Shown: in pieces, positions 35,206 through 44,376 of the stretch | Layout of the letters: each line of letters opens with the position of its first letter | Numbering within the stretch: position 1 is the stretch's first letter | DNA from: an uncultured Angelakisella sp. | GTDB lineage: Bacteria; Bacillota; Clostridia; Oscillospirales; Ruminococcaceae | Reading direction: 5' to 3' | DNA: 64,000 bases | Assembly: GCA_910585525.1 (NCBI GenBank) | Contig: CAJUFR010000006.1 | Location: forward strand, 4,506 to 68,505 | Position numbers and translations under genes: made by a program | Notes under the pieces: generated by a model | Seen by the model: the letters and a program-made list of their open reading frames with translations, nothing else | Told to the model about the DNA's origin: nothing | The model's database searches: none

Positions 35206-35251
35206 AAAAAACCGCCTGGGTCCTCAATGACAGGACACAGGCGGTCTTTTT
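35205..35251. terminator. bidirectional intrinsic terminator
   Basis: AAAAAA-ACCGCCTG...CAGGCGGT-CTTTTT. Confidence 0.75.
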
Positions 35252-35261
35252 ATGCTTTTTA

Positions 35262-36107
35262 TTATGCTTCGATGCTGATCTCCGGCGGGGTGGGGGCGGC
35301 GGCGGTGCCGTCGGCGGCCATCTGGGCGGCGTACTGGGCCTTCACCGCCGGGTCGCCGGTGCTTCCCGCCAGGTTTTCCAGCTGGGAGCGGAACTCGGCA
35401 CGGGTGGCGGCCATCTGCTGCTGGTGGCGCTCGTCGATCTCCGCCTCCCGGATATAGCCGTGCTCCCGGATCATCCGCAGCTTCTGGCGGCGGCGCAGTT
35501 CCTGCCGGAGGCGGTACGCCTCGGCGGTCTGGTCCTTCTCGGCGGCTCTGCGGCGGCGGGCCTCGGTGAGTTCCTCCCGGTTCAGGTCACGCTTTTTCTT
35601 CCCCGCCCGGACCACCGCCTTTTGCAGCTGGTTGATGGCGGCCTGGATGCGGGGGGCGTTTTCGTCGTCCTGGCGCTTGGCGATCTTCAGCTGGGCGATC
35701 TGCCGCCGGGCGTAGCTGGCGGCGGCGCTGACGTCGCTTTGCCGCCGGGCCCGGGAGAGCCGGGCATAGGCCTCGATGGCACGGTCGCCGTAACGGGTAT
35801 TCTTGGGGATGCGGAACTTGTCACGCTGCTCCTTGGCCTTCTTCTGGGCCTCGATCATCCGCTCCATCAGGGTGGGGGTATTCTCCTGGGGCAGCCCGGC
35901 GGGGTCGTTCTGCCGCACCGGCTGTAGCTGCGCCGCCTGGTCCTCCAGGGAGAGGGTCTGCCCCTCCTGCTGCTCCAAGCCGCCCTGCCCGGCCTGCGCC
36001 GAGATCGCCGCCTGCTGGGCCGCCGCCTGCTCCTGGGCGCTCCAGGTCCCTTGGGGTTTCTGCGCTCCCTGGACAGGGGAGGTCCTGGTAACGGTCATAC
36101 TATTCAT
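35262..36107 (-). CDS. hypothetical protein, Gln/Ala-rich N-terminus and highly basic coiled-coil-like C-terminal half
   Basis: Track ORF of 281 aa with AAGGGGG SD. No motif I recognise. Confidence 0.55.
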   Translation of the reverse strand: MNSMTVTRTSPVQGAQKPQGTWSAQEQAAAQQAAISAQAGQGGLEQQEGQTLSLEDQAAQLQPVRQNDPAGLPQENTPTLMERMIEAQKKAKEQRDKFRIPKNTRYGDRAIEAYARLSRARRQSDVSAAASYARRQIAQLKIAKRQDDENAPRIQAAINQLQKAVVRAGKKKRDLNREELTEARRRRAAEKDQTAEAYRLRQELRRRQKLRMIREHGYIREAEIDERHQQQMAATRAEFRSQLENLAGSTGDPAVKAQYAAQMAADGTAAAPTPPEISIEA

Positions 36108-36295
36108 CCTGCTGCCCCCCTTTTCGTCAATGGTGATATTGTGTTTATTCGACCGCTGGGAGGAAAAAACAAGGGCACGGCGGGATTTTTTGGATGGTTG
36201 GCGGGAATGTTTGGTAGGGTGGACAAAAAGTGGGGGGTGGGGTTGGTTAAAATGTTGACTGTGAGGGGGGTGTCAAAGGGGAAAGCCTGTCCGTT

Positions 36296-36337
36296 CAAAA
36301 AACGCCCGCCCACCGTACCGGTGGACGGGCTGTTTTG
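36296..36337. terminator. strong intrinsic terminator (better on the minus strand)
   Basis: AAAAAA-GCCCGCCCACCG-tac-CGGTGGACGGGC-TGTTTT, with 11 of 12 positions paired. It is the first canonical terminator downstream of cysS, about 430 nt after the stop. Confidence 0.75.
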
Positions 36338-36768
36338 AAGGGAAAAATCTGCAAAGGGAAAGAAAACGCTCCTGCGGCTGCGCAAAACAAATGTCTCGTT
36401 CTGGCCGCCGGTATTCACTCCGATTTTACACTACTAAAAGTATAAATTGCAGAATCTTTTTCAAACAGTATTCTGTTCGGCGGCCTTTTACAAAGCCGCC
36501 CCCCCACGGCCAACCGCCGAAGGCGGCTCTTAGGCCGTGTTCCTGTAGGGATGGCGAAGCCCGCATCCCCCCCCAGAGGATCGATCTGCCAAAGGCATCA
36601 CGAAAGAATTTCGCTTCCTGCGGGAAGCGACCAGGCGCTATCCGCCCTGGACCCGGACCGGGGTGCCCCCGGTGGCAAGGCTGTCTTTGTCTCCAGGCAC
36701 CCACCATCGCCCAGCACCCGGTAAGGCTGCGCAGCAGCCGTGTAGGGCATGACAGCGGCGGTACGCCG

Positions 36769-38169
36769 CTACGCCCGGCTCCATTTTACGCCCTGGGGGG
36801 TATCCTCCAGCACGATCCCCTTCGCTTTCAGTTCATCCCGGATCTGATCCGCCAAAGCAAAATCCCTCGCCTTCCGTGCCGCCTGCCGCCGGGCGATCAT
36901 CTCCTCGATCTCCCCGTCCAGGCTCTCTTTCTTCCCACGGTTGTACAGGATGCCCAGCACCCCGCACAACTCGTCAAACACCTTGGCAGCCCCCTCCAGG
37001 GCCTCTTTCCCCCGGGGGACCGTGATGTAGCTGTTGATATCCCGGGCCAGTTCATACACCGCCGCCAGGCCGTCCGCCGTGTTCAGGTCGTCGTCCATGG
37101 CCTGGATGAACTGCTCCCGCCGTGCCGCTACCTTGGCGGCGAACTCCGGGTCCGCCCCCTCCCCCGCCTTCTCGATGGCGAAGTCCAGGTTGTCCCGGCA
37201 GGTGTAAAGCCGCTCCATCCCCGCCTTGCACTGCTCGATGACCTCCACCGTGTAGTTGATGGGGCTGCGGTAATGGGCCTGTATCATCATGAACTTGATG
37301 GGCTCGTAGCCGTACTTTTCCGCCACGTCCCGGACGGTGAAGAAGTTCCCCAGGCTCTTGCTCATCTTGCGGCTGTCCACGTTGATGAAGCCGTTGTGCA
37401 TCCAGTACCGGGCGTAGGGGGCATCCCCCAGGGTGCCGCAGCACTCCCCCTGGGCGATCTCGTTTTCGTGGTGGGGGAAGATCAGGTCCTGGCCGCCGCA
37501 GTGGATATCGATGCCATGCTCCCCCAGGTGCTTTTTGATCATGGCGGTGCATTCGATGTGCCAGCCGGGGCGGCCGGGGCCCCAGGGGGAATCCCAGCTG
37601 GGTTCCCCGGGCTTGGCGGCTTTCCAAAGGACAAAGTCCAGGCTGTCCTCCTTGCCCTCGGTGAGTTCGATGCGATTGCCGGCGTCCAGTTCCTCCAGGG
37701 GCTGGTGGCTCAGCTTGCCGTAGCCCTTGAACCGCCGGGAGCGGAAATAGACGCTGCCGTCCAGGACGTAGCCATAGCCGTTCTCCACGATCTCCTTCAC
37801 CGTCTCGATGATCATCTCCATGGTCTCGGTGGCCTTGGGGTGGATGGTGGCCTCCCGGACGCCCAGGCCGGCGGCGTCCACCTTGTACTCGGCGATATAC
37901 CGCTCGCTCACCGTCCGGTAGCCGGTGCCCTCCTCGTTGGCCTTGTTGATGATCTTGTCGTCGATATCGGTAAAGTTCTGCACAAAGGTGACGCTGTACC
38001 CCCGGTACTCCAGGTACCGCCGCAGCACGTCAAAGACGCAGAGGGGCCGGGCGTTGCCGATGTGGATGAAGTTATAGACGGTGGGGCCGCAGGCGTACAT
38101 CTTCACCTTCCCCGGCTCCATGGGGATGAATTCTTCCTTGCTGCGGCTCAGGGTATTGAATACCTTCAT
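36769..38169 (-). CDS. cysS: cysteine--tRNA ligase
   Basis: Track ORF of 466 aa with the HIGN and KMSKSLGN class I motifs. Confidence 0.95.
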   Translation of the reverse strand: MKVFNTLSRSKEEFIPMEPGKVKMYACGPTVYNFIHIGNARPLCVFDVLRRYLEYRGYSVTFVQNFTDIDDKIINKANEEGTGYRTVSERYIAEYKVDAAGLGVREATIHPKATETMEMIIETVKEIVENGYGYVLDGSVYFRSRRFKGYGKLSHQPLEELDAGNRIELTEGKEDSLDFVLWKAAKPGEPSWDSPWGPGRPGWHIECTAMIKKHLGEHGIDIHCGGQDLIFPHHENEIAQGECCGTLGDAPYARYWMHNGFINVDSRKMSKSLGNFFTVRDVAEKYGYEPIKFMMIQAHYRSPINYTVEVIEQCKAGMERLYTCRDNLDFAIEKAGEGADPEFAAKVAARREQFIQAMDDDLNTADGLAAVYELARDINSYITVPRGKEALEGAAKVFDELCGVLGILYNRGKKESLDGEIEEMIARRQAARKARDFALADQIRDELKAKGIVLEDTPQGVKWSRA

Positions 38170-38179
38170 GTCAAACCTC

Positions 38180-38740
38180 CTATTTCATCTGGGCAAAAAG
38201 GCCACGGTTGTTCCAAAGATAGTTCCAGCCGGAAAAGAGGGTGGTACACAGCACCACCGCCATCCCGGCCTGGAAGGCGAAGAACATCACCCTGCCGGTA
38301 TCCCCGGGGATGGCCAGGCTGTGGAAGCAGAAGCCCATCACCAGGCCGTAGCAGATCCACACCATCTGGCTGGCGGTCTTTACCTTGCCCCACTTGTCGG
38401 CGGCCATCACCACACCTTTTCCGGCGGCGATGGTCCGCAGGCCGGTGATGGCCAGTTCCCGGGCCACGATAAGGAACACCACCCACCCCGGCACCTCCAG
38501 CAGGTCCACAAAGACCATCAGGGCGGCGGTGACCAGCAGCTTATCCGCCAGGGGGTCCATGAATTTGCCGAAGTCGGTGACCAGTCCTCGGCTCCGGGCG
38601 ATGTGCCCGTCCAGGGCGTCGGTGATCGAGGCCAGGGCGAAGATGACCAGGGCGGCCAGCCACCACCCCTGGTACACCGCCACCAGGAAAAGGGGGATCA
38701 TCACCACCCGGGCGGTGGTCAGCTTGTTGGGCAGATTCAT
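38180..38740 (-). CDS. pgsA: CDP-diacylglycerol--glycerol-3-phosphate 3-phosphatidyltransferase
   Basis: Track ORF of 186 aa with the CDP-alcohol motif DALDGHIARSRGLVTDFGKFMDPLADK. Confidence 0.9.
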   Translation of the reverse strand: MNLPNKLTTARVVMIPLFLVAVYQGWWLAALVIFALASITDALDGHIARSRGLVTDFGKFMDPLADKLLVTAALMVFVDLLEVPGWVVFLIVARELAITGLRTIAAGKGVVMAADKWGKVKTASQMVWICYGLVMGFCFHSLAIPGDTGRVMFFAFQAGMAVVLCTTLFSGWNYLWNNRGLFAQMK

Positions 38741-40062
38741 CGTGGGGCCTCCTCTCCCAAAAGATCATAGTCACTGGCGCCGGTGACGGTGACCTGGACG
38801 AACTCACCGGGCCGGTGGTCCTTTTTGCCGGTGAAGTACACCCGGGTGTCGATATCCGGGGCGTCCATATAGCTGCGGCCGTAGTACCGGCCGTCCTTCC
38901 GCCGTCCCTCCACCAGCACCTCCAGTTCCTTCCCCACACAGCTTTGGGCAAAGGCGAAGGCGATGGGGGCCTGCTGCTCCATGATGAGGCCGGCGCGGCG
39001 GCGGCGCAGTTCCTCGTCCAGCTGGTCCTGCCGCTCCCCGGCGGGGGTGTCCTCCTCCTGGGAATAGGCGAAGCACCCCAGCCGCTGGAACTCTCCTTCC
39101 GCCACCAGGGCCTGTAGTTCCGCAAAGTCCTCCTCGGTCTCCCCGGGGAAGCCGGCGATCATGGTGGTGCGCACCACCACCCCCGGGATACCCTCCCGGA
39201 TGCGCCGCACCACCTCCAGGATGGACTGGCGGTCCCCGGTGCGGTTCATCTCCTTCAGCACCTTGCCGCTGCCGTGCTGCACCGGGATGTCGATGTATTT
39301 GCAGACCTTGGGCTCCGCCGCCATGGTCTGTATCAGTTCGTCGGTGATGCGGTCGGGGTAACAGTAGAGGACCCGGACCCATCGGACCCCCTCCACTTTG
39401 CATGCTTCCCGGATAAGTTCCGGCAGCATATACTTTCCGTAAAGGTCCAGGCCGTACCGGCTGGTGTCCTGGGCCACCAAGTTCATCTCCCGGACCCCCT
39501 GGGCGGCCAGGCGGCGCACCTCCTCCAGGATATGCTCCATCCGGCGGCTGCGGAAGCCGCCCCGGATCAGGGGGATGGCGCAGTAGCTGCACCGGTTGTC
39601 GCACCCCTCCGCCACCTTGATGTAGGCGAAATAGGGGGGATTGGCCAGCACCCGCTCCCCCTCCAGGGAGAGCGCCTCCTTGGGGGCGAACTCCACCACC
39701 CGGTCCCCGGCCAGGGCACGGCGGATGGCGGCGGCGATCTCCTGGTTTTTGCCGATGCCCAGCACCACGTCGGCCTCGGGTATCTCGGCGGCCAGTTCCT
39801 CCCGGTACCGTTCGGCAAGGCAGCCGGTGACCACCAGGCACTTTAAGGGACCCTTGCCCTTGCCGGCGGCGAACTCCAGGATGGTCTCGATGCTCTCCCG
39901 CTTGGCGTCCTCGATAAAGCCGCAGGTGTTCACCAGCACCACATCGCACTGGGCGGGGTCGGCGCAAAGCTGGAACCCCTCCTGGCAGATGAGGGCCATC
40001 ATCAACTCGGCGTCCACCTGGTTCTTGCTGCACCCCAGCGAAACGATCCCCACTTTTACCAT
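38737..40062 (-). CDS. rimO: ribosomal protein S12 methylthiotransferase
   Basis: Track ORF trimmed to ATG at 40062 after GGAGGAAG (MVKVGIVSLGCSKNQVD). It has radical-SAM CDNRCSYC and a TRAM-like C-terminus. Confidence 0.9.
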   Translation of the reverse strand: MVKVGIVSLGCSKNQVDAELMMALICQEGFQLCADPAQCDVVLVNTCGFIEDAKRESIETILEFAAGKGKGPLKCLVVTGCLAERYREELAAEIPEADVVLGIGKNQEIAAAIRRALAGDRVVEFAPKEALSLEGERVLANPPYFAYIKVAEGCDNRCSYCAIPLIRGGFRSRRMEHILEEVRRLAAQGVREMNLVAQDTSRYGLDLYGKYMLPELIREACKVEGVRWVRVLYCYPDRITDELIQTMAAEPKVCKYIDIPVQHGSGKVLKEMNRTGDRQSILEVVRRIREGIPGVVVRTTMIAGFPGETEEDFAELQALVAEGEFQRLGCFAYSQEEDTPAGERQDQLDEELRRRRAGLIMEQQAPIAFAFAQSCVGKELEVLVEGRRKDGRYYGRSYMDAPDIDTRVYFTGKKDHRPGEFVQVTVTGASDYDLLGEEAPR

Positions 40063-40859
40063 AAACTTCCTCCGTTCAACAGCACCGCCTGGCCGATGGC
40101 CAGCATCTCCCGCACCCCGTAGCTGGGGAACAGCCCCCAGGGGCACCTGCCGGAGACGCCGTACACCTCCCCGAAGCCCTGGAGCCTTGCGTAGATGCGC
40201 CCCCGCAGCTGGTGATAGCTGTCGGTGACGATGACCAGCCTCTCCGGCAGCCCCGCCTCCCGGATGACCGCCGCCGAAAGTTCCAGGTTCTGCCGGGTGC
40301 TGGTGGAGCGGTCCTCTTTGTATATTCTGTCCTCTTTTATACCGTTAGCCATCAAATAATCCGCCATAGCCTGGGCCTCGCTGGTGGGTTCCTCCGGGCC
40401 CTGGCCACCGGAGACCACCACCGGGGCGTCGGGGTGGTCCAGCAGGTACTGGAGAGCGGCCTCCAGCCGGTACCGGAGCATCAGGCTGGGGCCGTTTTCC
40501 CGCACCAGGCAGCCCAGCACCACCACCGTGGCGGTCTCCCCCTCCGGGGGGCGGTTCAGCCGCCCCGCCCGGATCATGGGTATCGAAACAAGGCAGCCCC
40601 CGGCCAGCACCGCCGCCAGCAGCCCGGCCAGGATGCCCCGGGTGACCCGCCACCAGAAAAGCTGTTCCTTGGGGTAGCCGGGGAACATCATGTCCGGGAA
40701 GGCGTCCCAGAACACCAGCAGCAGGATGACCCCCACCCCGTACAGCAGCAGGAGCAGCACCCCCAGGTGAAAGATACGGTACCCCACCAGGGGCGCCAGC
40801 CCGAAGAAGAGAGCCACCGCCGCCGTCAGCAGCGCCAGGGCCATGATGGTACGTTTCAT
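40056..40859 (-). CDS. YdcF/DUF218 family membrane-anchored protein
   Basis: Track ORF of 267 aa with N-terminal TM segments, then VVVLGC...VVSGGQG...EAQAMADYL. Confidence 0.8.
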   Translation of the reverse strand: MKRTIMALALLTAAVALFFGLAPLVGYRIFHLGVLLLLLYGVGVILLLVFWDAFPDMMFPGYPKEQLFWWRVTRGILAGLLAAVLAGGCLVSIPMIRAGRLNRPPEGETATVVVLGCLVRENGPSLMLRYRLEAALQYLLDHPDAPVVVSGGQGPEEPTSEAQAMADYLMANGIKEDRIYKEDRSTSTRQNLELSAAVIREAGLPERLVIVTDSYHQLRGRIYARLQGFGEVYGVSGRCPWGLFPSYGVREMLAIGQAVLLNGGSLW

Positions 40860-40920
40860 GATGATCCTCCTTATTGGGATGGGAAACAGGCACGGAGAGC
40901 GCCTGGAAAGGTATTTTACT

Positions 40921-41226
40921 TTACAGCAGCCGTTCCGCCAGAAATACAGCGGCGCAGGCCGCCAGCGCCACGGTGACCAGCCCCTTCTCCATCCAGGAGA
41001 GGGCCACCCCCACCGCCACCCCGCAGAGGGCGGAGAGGGGGGAGCCGGTGGAGGAAAATACGGCGGGGAAGGTCATCGCCCCCAGCACGGCGTAGGGGAC
41101 ATAGAAGAGGAAGTCCCGGACCCAGCGGCTCTTCAGCTGCCCCCGGCAGAGGGCCAGGGGGATCACCCGGACCAGGTAGGTCACCACCGCCATCACCGCC
41201 ACCTGGGCAAGGAAACGATCAGGCAT
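40921..41226 (-). CDS. azlD: branched-chain amino acid transport protein AzlD
   Basis: Track ORF of 101 aa, hydrophobic, overlapping the azlC stop. Confidence 0.8.
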   Translation of the reverse strand: MPDRFLAQVAVMAVVTYLVRVIPLALCRGQLKSRWVRDFLFYVPYAVLGAMTFPAVFSSTGSPLSALCGVAVGVALSWMEKGLVTVALAACAAVFLAERLL

Positions 41227-41932
41227 CCTCTCCCACCTCCTCCCTTGGGAAGAGCCAGGCCCCCGCCCCCGCCGCCAGCAGGGTGCAGAGGATGATGGAA
41301 AACCCGCTGGACACCACCCGGGAAAGGGGGGTCCAGGCCACCAGGCAGCTGAGGGCCACCGCCAGCAGCAGCACCCGGCGGACCGGCGGCTGCTTTTTGG
41401 CCGGGGGGATGATGATGGCCAGGAACATCCCGTAGATGGCGATGCCCAGGGCGGAGCGGACCGCCGCCGGCAGCACCGCTCCCGCCGCCGCCCCCAGCAC
41501 CGTCCCGCCGCTCCAGCCCAGGTAGGGGGCCAGCATCAGCCCCAGGAAGTACCGCCGCCCCACCAGCCCCGGCTGGGAGGATGCCACCGCGAACACCTCG
41601 TCGGTGTTGAGGAAGGCCATGAGCAGCCGGTCCAGCAGCCCGATGCCGGGGGCCAGCTTCTGGCTGAGGGAAAGGGACATGAGGGCGTACCGCAGGTTGA
41701 TGACCAGCTGGGTCAGCGCCTGCTCCGCCAGGGAGGCCCCGGCGGCCATAAGGGAGAGCCCGGCGAACTGCCCGGCGGAGGTGACGTTGGTCATGGAGAT
41801 CAGCGCCGCCCCCCACACCGGCACCCCGGCGGCCACCGCCGAGATGCCGAAGGCGAAGGAGACCGAAAGGTACCCCAGCCCGATGGGTATCCCGTCCCGG
41901 AGCCCCTGGGGAAAGCTATTTTGTACCGTCAT
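41219..41932 (-). CDS. azlC: AzlC family branched-chain amino acid permease component
   Basis: Track ORF of 237 aa: GLRDGIPIGLGYLSVSFAFG. Confidence 0.85.
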   Translation of the reverse strand: MTVQNSFPQGLRDGIPIGLGYLSVSFAFGISAVAAGVPVWGAALISMTNVTSAGQFAGLSLMAAGASLAEQALTQLVINLRYALMSLSLSQKLAPGIGLLDRLLMAFLNTDEVFAVASSQPGLVGRRYFLGLMLAPYLGWSGGTVLGAAAGAVLPAAVRSALGIAIYGMFLAIIIPPAKKQPPVRRVLLLAVALSCLVAWTPLSRVVSSGFSIILCTLLAAGAGAWLFPREEVGEDA

Positions 41933-42576
41933 CCTTCCCCTTCTTCCTCGTATCCCTCGTCAAAAAGCCCCTCCGTCACCTGGGACAGGGCTTCCCGTAT
42001 CTCGTCGTACCGGTAGCCCCGGCGCTGGAGGGCCGCCGCCACCTTCTCCCGCCCCCGGGGCTCCCGGAGCTTTTGCAGGTACTTTTTGTTCACCAGGGCG
42101 ACGATGGGGGCGATCTGGTCGATCTCCGACAGTTCCCCCATCACCTGGTCGATGGTCTCCTTGTCCAGGCGGCGCTGGTACAGCGTCTGCCGCACCCGGC
42201 CCAGGCTGTACCCCCGCAGGTTCAGCAGGTCCGCCGCCAGCCGCCGCCCGTAGTCCAGGTCGTCCAGCAGCCCCAGTTCCCGCAGCCGCTGGACCACCTG
42301 CTCCACCGTCTCCGGCGGGTAGTGGCGGCGCAGCTTTTCCGCCAGCCGCCCGGCGCTGTGGGAGGAATATTCCAGCAGGGTGAGGGCCTTCTCCTTGCAG
42401 CTGAGGGCCTCGTCCTCCAGCCGGATCTCCTCCAGCGTCTCCACCGTCACCTGGCGTCCCACCGCCAGTTCCGGCCGCAGCAGGAAGGTGTCCTTGTGCA
42501 CCGAAAAGAGGAACTCCCCGTCGGCAAAGACAGAGAACCGCCCCTTCTTGGTCTCCTGCAGCTGGGTGATGGTCAT
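41929..42576 (-). CDS. recX: recombination regulator RecX
   Basis: Track ORF of 215 aa with three-helix repeat pattern (ALTLLEYSSHSAGRLAEKLRR..VVQRLRELGLLDD). Confidence 0.85.
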   Translation of the reverse strand: MTITQLQETKKGRFSVFADGEFLFSVHKDTFLLRPELAVGRQVTVETLEEIRLEDEALSCKEKALTLLEYSSHSAGRLAEKLRRHYPPETVEQVVQRLRELGLLDDLDYGRRLAADLLNLRGYSLGRVRQTLYQRRLDKETIDQVMGELSEIDQIAPIVALVNKKYLQKLREPRGREKVAAALQRRGYRYDEIREALSQVTEGLFDEGYEEEGEG

Positions 42577-42608
42577 GGGGCACCTCCTCTTTGTGAGCCT
42601 ATTGGCCT

Positions 42609-42637
42609 ATTATACTACATCGGGCCGGGAATCTCAA
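42609..42637 (-). promoter_or_regulatory. sigma-A type promoter of recX operon
   Basis: Minus strand reads TTGAGA-17 nt-TATAAT. Confidence 0.6.
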
Positions 42638-42684
42638 CCGGTCTGGAAGAATTTGCCCAGCGGGAAAAAATCTCCCTACGGTGG

Positions 42685-42713
42685 TTTACATCGTTTCCAA
42701 AAAATAGTATACT
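42685..42713 (+). promoter_or_regulatory. sigma-A type promoter of the carboxypeptidase gene
   Basis: TTTACA-17 nt-TATACT. Confidence 0.55.
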
Positions 42714-42832
42714 TGGAACATATATCGCCCCCCTCCCCATTTTTCCAGAAACGGGGGCCTCATTTCCCCGGTAATGATGACATATCCTAGGAACGGCCCT
42801 TTCCCTTCCTATCCTATTTTGGAGTGTTGTAG

Positions 42833-44317
42833 ATGAAAAAACGCCTGCTGCCTTTTCTGGCCGTGGTGGTCATGGTGTTCGCCGCCATGGCCCCGGAGGC
42901 CCATGCCCTCACCCCCCAGCTGGATATTATCTCCGATACCTATTGTGTCATGGACGCCGCCACCGGCCAGATCCTCATCGAAAAGGGGATGCACAAGCAG
43001 AAGGCCCCGGCCAGCATCACCAAGATACTGACGGTGGCCCTGGCCCTGGAGCGGGGGGGGAACCCCGATGACCGCTATATCCTGGATTACAAGACCTGCC
43101 ACTCCATCGAGGCCGGCTCCACCCACATCGCCCTCACCGAGCAGGAGGAGATCAGCCTCCGGGACGCCCTGATGGCCACCATGATCATGTCCGCCAACGA
43201 CGCCGCCAACGCCGTGGCCCAGTACAGCGCCGGGGACATGGACGACTTCATCCCCCTGATGAACCAGAAGCTCCAGGAACTGGGGGCCAAGGACACCCAG
43301 TTCATGAACCCCAACGGCCTGGACCAGTCGGGGCACTACACCACCGCCTACGACATGTGCCTCATCACCCGGTGGGCCATGGGGGTGCCGGGGTTCTACG
43401 ACTACTACGGCGCCCTGGACTACACCATGCAGCCCACCAACAAGCAGCCCCAGCAGCGGCCCTTCAGTTCCCGGCACAACATGCTGCTGACCGGGATGAA
43501 ATACTCCTACGAAGGGACGCTGGGGGGGAAGCTGGGCTACACCTACGACGCCCGGCACACCATCGTCACCACCGTCAAGCGGGGGGAGATGACCCTCATC
43601 TGCGTGGCCATGGATTCCCCCTCCACCTACGACAAGTACAAGGATTCCATCAAACTCCTTGACTACTGCTTCGAAAACTTCGGCACCCTCTCCCTCCGGG
43701 CCAAGAACATCCAGAACTTTGAGGTCCCCATCCTGGACAACAGCGGCCAGCGCATCGGTCGGGTGAACATCCAGGCGGAAAACGACATCCCCCTGCTGGT
43801 GTCCAAGGGCACCGAGGTGAAGGACCTCACCTTCTCCTTCAACATCCCGGAAAGCTACCTCAGCGGCGAGGAGATCGCCCCGGTGCTCACCATCCAGGAC
43901 CAGAACGGCACCCAGCTTTACCAGGGGGCCATGGGCTACACGGTGCTCCAGGCCGCCGCCAACGGGACCGGGAAGCCCAGCTTCTGGCAGGGGGAGACCT
44001 TCGTCTACCCCATCAAGGAGACCGCCCTGCTGGCCCTCCGGTGGTTCGGCATCATCCTCGGGGCGCTGGTGGCGCTGCTGTTCATCGCCCGGTTCTTCAT
44101 CCGCCTCCACTACCGCAAGGTGATGGAGGAGCGCCGCCGCAAGCGGCTGGCCGCCAAAAAACGCCGGGCAGCGGCCCTGCGCCAGCAGCAGGCCCGGCAG
44201 CGCCGGGCGGCGGCGGCAGCGGCAAACAGCGTCACCTACGGCAACGTCACCTACTGGCCCGGCACCCAGCCCCCCCAGGACCTCCCCCCCAGCGCCAGCG
44301 CCGGGAGCGGAAAATAG
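42833..44317 (+). CDS. D-alanyl-D-alanine carboxypeptidase (PBP5-type, peptidase S11)
   Basis: Track ORF of 494 aa with a signal peptide, the SxxK motif ASITKILT and SANDAA. It has a C-terminal TM segment plus an Arg/Ala-rich tail. Confidence 0.85.
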   Translation: MKKRLLPFLAVVVMVFAAMAPEAHALTPQLDIISDTYCVMDAATGQILIEKGMHKQKAPASITKILTVALALERGGNPDDRYILDYKTCHSIEAGSTHIALTEQEEISLRDALMATMIMSANDAANAVAQYSAGDMDDFIPLMNQKLQELGAKDTQFMNPNGLDQSGHYTTAYDMCLITRWAMGVPGFYDYYGALDYTMQPTNKQPQQRPFSSRHNMLLTGMKYSYEGTLGGKLGYTYDARHTIVTTVKRGEMTLICVAMDSPSTYDKYKDSIKLLDYCFENFGTLSLRAKNIQNFEVPILDNSGQRIGRVNIQAENDIPLLVSKGTEVKDLTFSFNIPESYLSGEEIAPVLTIQDQNGTQLYQGAMGYTVLQAAANGTGKPSFWQGETFVYPIKETALLALRWFGIILGALVALLFIARFFIRLHYRKVMEERRRKRLAAKKRRAAALRQQQARQRRAAAAAANSVTYGNVTYWPGTQPPQDLPPSASAGSGK

Positions 44318-44325
44318 ACAAAATG

Positions 44326-44373
44326 ACACCCCCCGGGGAAAGCCTTTGCTGGCTCCCTCCGGGGGGTGTTTTA
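44326..44373. terminator. bidirectional intrinsic terminator
   Basis: ACACCCCCCGG...CCGGGGGGTGT-TTT. Confidence 0.75.
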
Positions 44374-44376
44374 TCT

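Noticed and set aside
36340-36768. Possibility that the ORF-free GC-rich region is RNase P RNA, tmRNA, SRP RNA or a cobalamin/T-box element
   Set aside because: On neither strand did I find GAGGAAAGUCC or ACAGAA.CCGGCUUA (RNase P), a tRNA-like CCA end with a tag ORF (tmRNA), the GGAAGCAGCC-type SRP domain IV motif, a B12 box or a T-box sequence. It is kept only as an unclassified candidate in the findings.
38170-38179. T-box leader upstream of cysS
   Set aside because: Only 10 nt separate cysS from pgsA. cysS appears co-transcribed in the recX-azlCD-ydcF-rimO-pgsA-cysS string.
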